Positions 8,089 through 12,020 of a stretch of 12,020 nt of DNA are shown one piece after another. Position 1 is the stretch's first letter; the number at the start of each line of letters is the position of its first letter. The stretch spans positions 1 to 12,020 of the forward strand of contig JBNKNM010000176.1 of assembly GCA_050293845.1 (NCBI GenBank), written 5' to 3'. This stretch comes from Pseudobacteriovorax sp. GTDB taxonomy: Bacteria > Bdellovibrionota_B > Oligoflexia > Oligoflexales > Oligoflexaceae. The notes beneath the pieces were generated by a model. It was given only the letters and a program-made list of their open reading frames with translations, was not told where the DNA came from and searched no databases. The position numbers were made by a program, and so were the translations under genes.

Positions 8089-8170
8089 AAATCGATTCTT
8101 GACCATACTAGGTTCACCGCCTAATAAGTCTGTAGGTAAACGGCTTCGTTCGAAGTTTTATCCCTAAAAA

Positions 8171-8497
8171 TCACATGGAAGCCTGTTGCCTTGAGCTACT
8201 TTCTATTTGTTGCTCTCTCAGAAACTCTTTTTTACAAAGATAGAAGAAGATCCCTGCTACACCAGAAAGGGCAAACAAAATAAAAAATGGAGTTGCTGCA
8301 ATATTTTGCTTTTTGGCATCTTTATACATCCAGACACCACCCAGCGATAACAATAGCAGAAGTTCAATAAGGGTGTGCAAACCCCATGGCTGCTGCCCAG
8401 CATTTCCAATGTATGACAGCATGTTTTGCTGGAAGAGTGCATAGAGAGTTAATGCAGCGAAGTCTAAACCAAGTACCAAAAATAGATATTTTTTCAT
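8171..8497 (-). CDS. DUF2834-like small integral membrane protein (108 aa, about 3 TM)
   Basis: SD AGGAG before ATG 8497. The pattern PWG..TLIELLLLLSL..VWMYKDAKK.......FILFALSGVAGIFFYL resembles DUF2834 proteins. Confidence 0.8.
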   Translation of the reverse strand: MKKYLFLVLGLDFAALTLYALFQQNMLSYIGNAGQQPWGLHTLIELLLLLSLGGVWMYKDAKKQNIAATPFFILFALSGVAGIFFYLCKKEFLREQQIESSSRQQASM

Positions 8498-8538
8498 TTT
8501 AATCTCCTGAATATAGTGAAAGACCACAATATTGATAA

Positions 8539-8554
8539 AGCAAGAGGCGTACCG
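8539..8554 (-). promoter_or_regulatory. sigma54 (-24/-12) promoter of the DUF2834 gene
   Basis: The minus strand reads CGGTACG-CCTC-TTGCT against consensus TGGCACG-N4-TTGCW, with exact GG-N10-GC spacing, about 40 nt upstream of the ATG. Confidence 0.75.
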
Positions 8555-8677
8555 CTACGTAACTAATTATTATTATTATATTTCTCCACTCTCCTCAGTC
8601 TCTCAAATGGGAAATCAAAGCTTTTTCTAGATCTGGGCAATGTCGCTATGCTATTGTTTATATTGTTATTTTTTATC

Positions 8678-8716
8678 TGTCGCAGATTTGCATCATGCAT
8701 TTGCAATTTTGCAACA
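8678..8716. promoter_or_regulatory. Tandem upstream activator sequences for a sigma54 enhancer-binding protein
   Basis: Two 18-bp imperfect palindromes, TGTCGCA-gatt-TGCATCA (8678-8695) and ATTTGCA-attt-TGCAACA (8699-8716). They are 21 bp apart centre to centre and 125-160 bp upstream of the -24 element. Confidence 0.6.
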
Positions 8717-8884
8717 GAACCATTGAACGTCATAAGGTAGAAGCATGACCCAGTCCCCTAGCCCTTTAGGTTTCCAAAGTATTTACTCAGGATTTTAGGG
8801 TCTAGCTGACCTTGTAGCTAAGAGACGATAATCTCTCGCCGCTCTGGAATGGTCATTGCTTGCTCTGAATTTGGAGGTGATATG

Positions 8885-9781
8885 ATGAATACAAGTACAG
8901 TTTTCTCTTGGCGTCAGAGCTTCTTTAGAACGCGACCACTAAAATTTCTTGCTGCTGGTATACTCTTGGGGATTATCGATAACCTGTTCTTCCATTTTTT
9001 AGGAGTGGAGATGACTTTAAACTCCTATTCTGCAAATTTTGCAGTTGGAGTCTTCTTTAGCCTAAGTTTCGGGCTCTTTGCTTGGACTATCGGGGTCCTT
9101 TTGGAAAATCGGCAGGATATAATAGCGTATCAAAAGGAGCTTCGTGACAAAGAGGCATTAGCCACTATTGGCCGCATGACATCTGGTGTAGCTCATGAAG
9201 TACGCAACCCATTAACAGTTATTAAGTCTTCGGCACTTCTTTTACAGGTAGAGGCTACAAGTCCTGCCATCAAAAAAGCTGCCCAATTTATCGTCGAAGA
9301 ATCCAATAGACTCAATGATTTTGTATCGTCACTGCTTGATTACTCTCGACCGATTCAACTTCAGATAACCTCGACTCCAGCCAGATCATGTCTGGAAGAT
9401 GCCTGGGGGATAACAGATCATAAGGATTGTGAGATGATGATTGAAGGGCAAATGCAATTAGATCTCGCCATCGATCAACAAACTTTTATACCTATGCTGA
9501 GTTCTTTATTCCTAAATGCTTGCCAGGCTATGGAAGGACGAGGCACAATACAGATAACACTTGATAGGGTTCGAGGCTTGAATCAAATAAAAATTAAGGA
9601 TCAAGGACCAGGTATCACCGACGACTTCTCCGAAAATCTATTTAAGCCCTTTCATACGAACAAACCAAAGGGAACAGGACTTGGACTAGCCATGGCGAAG
9701 AAAATCGTTGAATACCATAAAGGTGAAATCTATTATCAAAAGACTCATAGCGGAAGTATTTTTGCCATAGAAATTCCATGA
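8885..9781 (+). CDS. Sensor histidine kinase (HisKA + HATPase_c) with two TM helices and almost no extracytoplasmic domain
   Basis: SD GGAGG at 8873-8877 (start at 8882 or 8885). H-box AHEVRNPL, N-box LFLNACQAM, G1 DQGPGI, F-box LFKPF, G2 GTGLGLA. Confidence 0.95.
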   Translation: MNTSTVFSWRQSFFRTRPLKFLAAGILLGIIDNLFFHFLGVEMTLNSYSANFAVGVFFSLSFGLFAWTIGVLLENRQDIIAYQKELRDKEALATIGRMTSGVAHEVRNPLTVIKSSALLLQVEATSPAIKKAAQFIVEESNRLNDFVSSLLDYSRPIQLQITSTPARSCLEDAWGITDHKDCEMMIEGQMQLDLAIDQQTFIPMLSSLFLNACQAMEGRGTIQITLDRVRGLNQIKIKDQGPGITDDFSENLFKPFHTNKPKGTGLGLAMAKKIVEYHKGEIYYQKTHSGSIFAIEIP

Positions 9782-9788
9782 GGTGGAG

Positions 9789-11122
9789 ATGACGAGCCAT
9801 ATAGCGGTGGTCGACGATGAGGTGCGGATCACGCAAATTCTGGAAATGATTTTAAATCGTGAGGGCTATCAAGTATCGACGTTTAATCAAGCTCAGGATT
9901 TCCTAAATAGTCTGGATGAGAAACTCCCCGACTTGGTTCTAACCGATTTCAAAATGCCCCAAATATCGGGACTAGACATCCTCAAGTCTATAAAAAATAC
10001 CGACCCCCTCATACCAGTTATCTTAATGACAGCCCATGGAAGCATTGCCACTGCTGTGGAAAGCATGAAAGAAGGCGCTTACGATTTCATTGAAAAACCA
10101 TTTGATAATGAATACTGCCTAGCAGTGATTAGTAAAGCTTTAAACTATGCCTCTGTACACCAGGAAAATAGACAACTTCGCGCCCAACTCCAGCAACGCT
10201 ATCACATGGATGACTTTATCGTTGCTTCGGAAGAAATGGAAGCCCTAGTAACACTGGCGAAAAAAGCAGCGCATAGTCGGGCAACCATAATCATTCAAGG
10301 CGCTAGCGGATCCGGAAAAGAGATGCTTGCTAAATTCGTTCACTTTAACAGCTCCCGAGTCTCTCAAGACTTTATTGCTGTGAATTGCAAGGCTTTCGCT
10401 AAAGGGGTATTAGAGTCCGAACTTTTTGGGCACGAGAAAGGGGCTTATACAGGCGCTGACCGTAGAAAAATTGGAACTTTTGAGCGAGCTCACAAGGCAC
10501 TCTGTTCCTTGACGAAATTGGAGAGGTCGATCTTGATTTTCAAGGGAAAATTTTAAGGGTTCTCCAGGAAAGAGAACTGCAGCGTATCGGCGGGCAAGAA
10601 ACGATTCCGGTGGATTTTAGATTAATAGCGGCAACAAATAAAGACCTAAAGGCTATGGTGAAGGAGGGAATTTTTAGGGAGGACCTATATTTCAGACTCG
10701 CCGTCATTCCCCTTATCATTCCACCACTAAGAAATCGGAAAGCTGATATATTACCTTTGAGTCGCTTCTTTGTTGAAAAATATGCAAGAAACATGCAAAT
10801 TCCAACCCCAATCATATCTAAAAATCTCGGCGATCAGCTAGAATCATACGAGTGGCCTGGAAATGTCCGAGAGTTAGAGAATGCGATTGAACGGGCAATC
10901 GTTATCAGTGATAATTCGGAGTTAATTTGGGAAGATTTTCTTTTGGGACAAGCAGAAGAGGTCAAAGACTCATTGTCATTAGCCAAATATATCGAAGAGA
11001 AAAGCGCCGAGTATATCAAGTTGAAGCTAGATGAACACCAAGGTCAGAAAATTGAAACCGCAAAGGCTTTGGGAATCGAGAGGAGCACCCTATACAGACT
11101 TATCAAGAAATATAATCTTTAA
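9789..11122 (+). pseudogene. sigma54-dependent NtrC-family response regulator (REC-AAA+-HTH), split by a 1-bp deletion at about 10494-10497 (real or a sequencing error)
   Basis: REC (VVDDE, LTDFKMP, IEKPF), Walker A GASGSGKE and ESELFGHEKGAYTGA are in the first frame. Walker B GTLFLDEIGE, FREDLYFRL, WPGNVRELEN and the Fis-type HTH follow in the -1 frame from 10496. Adding one base restores a 444-aa protein. Confidence 0.92.
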
Positions 11123-11135
11123 TAAGGCAAGGTGC

Positions 11136-11231
11136 TTAATTGAAGAAAGGAAGAACATAGGCTACAGCTGTGACAATCAATCCAATCAAAAACAGAGTAG
11201 GAAAGTCTATTAGGTTACTGAATTTCATCAT
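11136..11231 (-). CDS. Candidate small single-TM protein (31 aa)
   Basis: MMKFSNLIDFPTLFLIGLIVTAVAYVLPFFN*, with SD AGGA at 11239-11236. It is shorter than any ORF in the provided track. Confidence 0.5.
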   Translation of the reverse strand: MMKFSNLIDFPTLFLIGLIVTAVAYVLPFFN

Positions 11232-11319
11232 AAATTCCTGTTAAGATTTACTTTACAGGGTCTATGACGATTAAGAGAATTATTTATTGCAGATTATCAA
11301 AAAAGTTGGCATTGAAAAT

Positions 11320-11484
11320 TTAGCTGGCACGCTGAGCACTTGTTCCCATAGTGACATATTTATCAATAATTTCAGTAAGTTTCCTCCTAGATACAGGTTT
11401 CCCAAAAAAATCGTCCATTCCAGCCTCAAAGGCTCGATCTCGGTCTTCTTTAAGAATGCTTGCCGTAAGGGCAATAGCGGGTAA
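11320..11484 (-). pseudogene. C-terminal half of a receiver (REC) domain of hybrid-kinase type, 5'-truncated
   Basis: LPAIALTASILKEDRDRAFEAGMDDFFGKPVSRRKLTEIIDKYV...* matches the PIIALTA...EDR.....AGMDDF..KP pattern. The phosphoacceptor half and the start codon are missing. Confidence 0.85.
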
Positions 11485-11542
11485 AAAATAAAAATTAAAA
11501 AAGGTTTTGGTTGTTAGATTTATTAACTATTAAGAAATTTCG

Positions 11543-11692
11543 GGTAGCAGTAGCTTCGGATTTGAGGAGGAAATTCCTAAAAGTCAGTCCTATGGCTGCG
11601 TGTCGATGAACGGATTTTCGGTACATGCTGCCACTTCAATCAAAGCCCATGAAAGAGATCGATTAGAAAAGCTCCTTCGTTATTTGGGACGT
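11543..11692 (+). mobile_element. IS91/ISCR-family (Y2, rolling-circle) transposase internal fragment
   Basis: GSSSFGFEEEIPKSQSYGCVSMNGFSVHAATSIKAHERDRLEKLLRYLGR matches the ISCR-type GFSLHA...R..LE.L.RY..R motif that carries the catalytic Tyr. Truncated on both sides. Confidence 0.85.
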
Positions 11693-11694
11693 GA

Positions 11695-11775
11695 TTTGGC
11701 GCTGACGCTACACCTCACGAAGTAGCTATTAAAGAAACGGTTGAATGGTATCGCCAACAGATTGGGTCAAATTAA
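11695..11775 (+). pseudogene. 3' end of an NAD-dependent epimerase/dehydratase-like (extended SDR) gene
   Basis: FGADATPHEVAIKETVEWYRQQIGSN* resembles the terminal helix TP.E.AI.ETV.WY of extended SDRs. The stop lies 9 nt before the attC R'' box. Confidence 0.65.
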
Positions 11776-11784
11776 TCAAGAGCC

Positions 11785-11857
11785 TTATAACCAGGCGCTG
11801 CGCCGGATTCTTGTTCCGCTGCGCTTCACGAGAACCGGTGTGCTGGTCCCGTTATAG
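11785..11857 (+). mobile_element. Integron attC recombination site
   Basis: R'' TTATAAC (11785-11791) and R' GTTATAG (11851-11857). L''/L' arms GCTGCGCCGG-A-TTCTTGT and ACGAGAA-CCGGTGTGC, with unpaired G and A on the top strand (extrahelical C and T on the bottom strand). Terminal loop TCCGCTGCGCTTC. Length 73 bp. Confidence 0.85.
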
Positions 11858-11887
11858 GCAGCAGCTTAGATTTGAGAAATTAAAAAG

Positions 11888-11916
11888 TTGTCATAACCCA
11901 ATGAAGCTGCCATATT
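11888..11916 (+). promoter_or_regulatory. Candidate sigma70 promoter downstream of attC
   Basis: TTGTCA-N17-CATATT upstream of the ORF starting at 11962. Confidence 0.35.
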
Positions 11917-11961
11917 GGTGATTTAGCCTTCACTATAAGCAAACGTTGAGATCAAGAGGAC

Positions 11962-12020
11962 ATGATGTTTAACCCCAACCGTTATGAGTCATTGACAAAG
12001 AATAAATTTGATCAAGGTTT
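11962..12020 (+). CDS. Start of an unidentified ORF running off the window
   Basis: SD-like GAGGA at 11956-11960, then ATG ATG; MMFNPNRYESLTKNKFDQG is open to the edge. Confidence 0.4.
   Translation, partial: MMFNPNRYESLTKNKFDQG

Noticed and set aside
8119..8160. GCCTAATAAGTC resembling the start of a second attC
   Set aside because: It has AAT instead of the conserved AAC, and no matching L boxes or R' site.
10460..10500. Programmed -1 ribosomal frameshift in the response regulator
   Set aside because: No slippery heptamer or stimulatory structure at the shift point; a simple 1-bp deletion explains it.
11324..11340. TGGCACG as a second sigma54 promoter
   Set aside because: The GC is 8 nt, not 10 nt, after the GG, and the site lies within the REC coding remnant.
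1..12020. CRISPR array, tRNA/rRNA genes, integron integrase, recognisable anti-phage defence genes
   Set aside because: I saw no regularly spaced repeats, RNA-gene signatures or diagnostic motifs by eye.

Overview
AT-rich bacterial accessory region. The gene families suggest Bdellovibrionota/Oligoflexia or a related delta-type lineage, which is an unverified impression. Intact genes: a 5'-truncated protein with one CxxCH heme-c motif, a glutathione S-transferase, a translationally coupled lipoprotein + DUF3857/transglutaminase pair, a DUF2834-like membrane protein and a minimal 2-TM histidine kinase. The kinase's partner, a sigma54 (NtrC-type) activator, carries a 1-bp frameshift. The DUF2834 gene has a -24/-12 promoter and two enhancer-like palindromes, so these three genes look like a self-contained sigma54 circuit. 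Both ends of the window hold gene debris that the ORF track misses or misreads. At the left: an IS91-family Zn-finger fragment, a 44-bp palindromic mini-element with a 7-bp direct repeat, and an msrC-like GAF pseudogene. At the right: a receiver-domain fragment, an ISCR/IS91 catalytic fragment, the 3' end of an epimerase-like gene and an integron attC site with no integrase in the window. All family calls come from motif recognition by eye; no searches were run.
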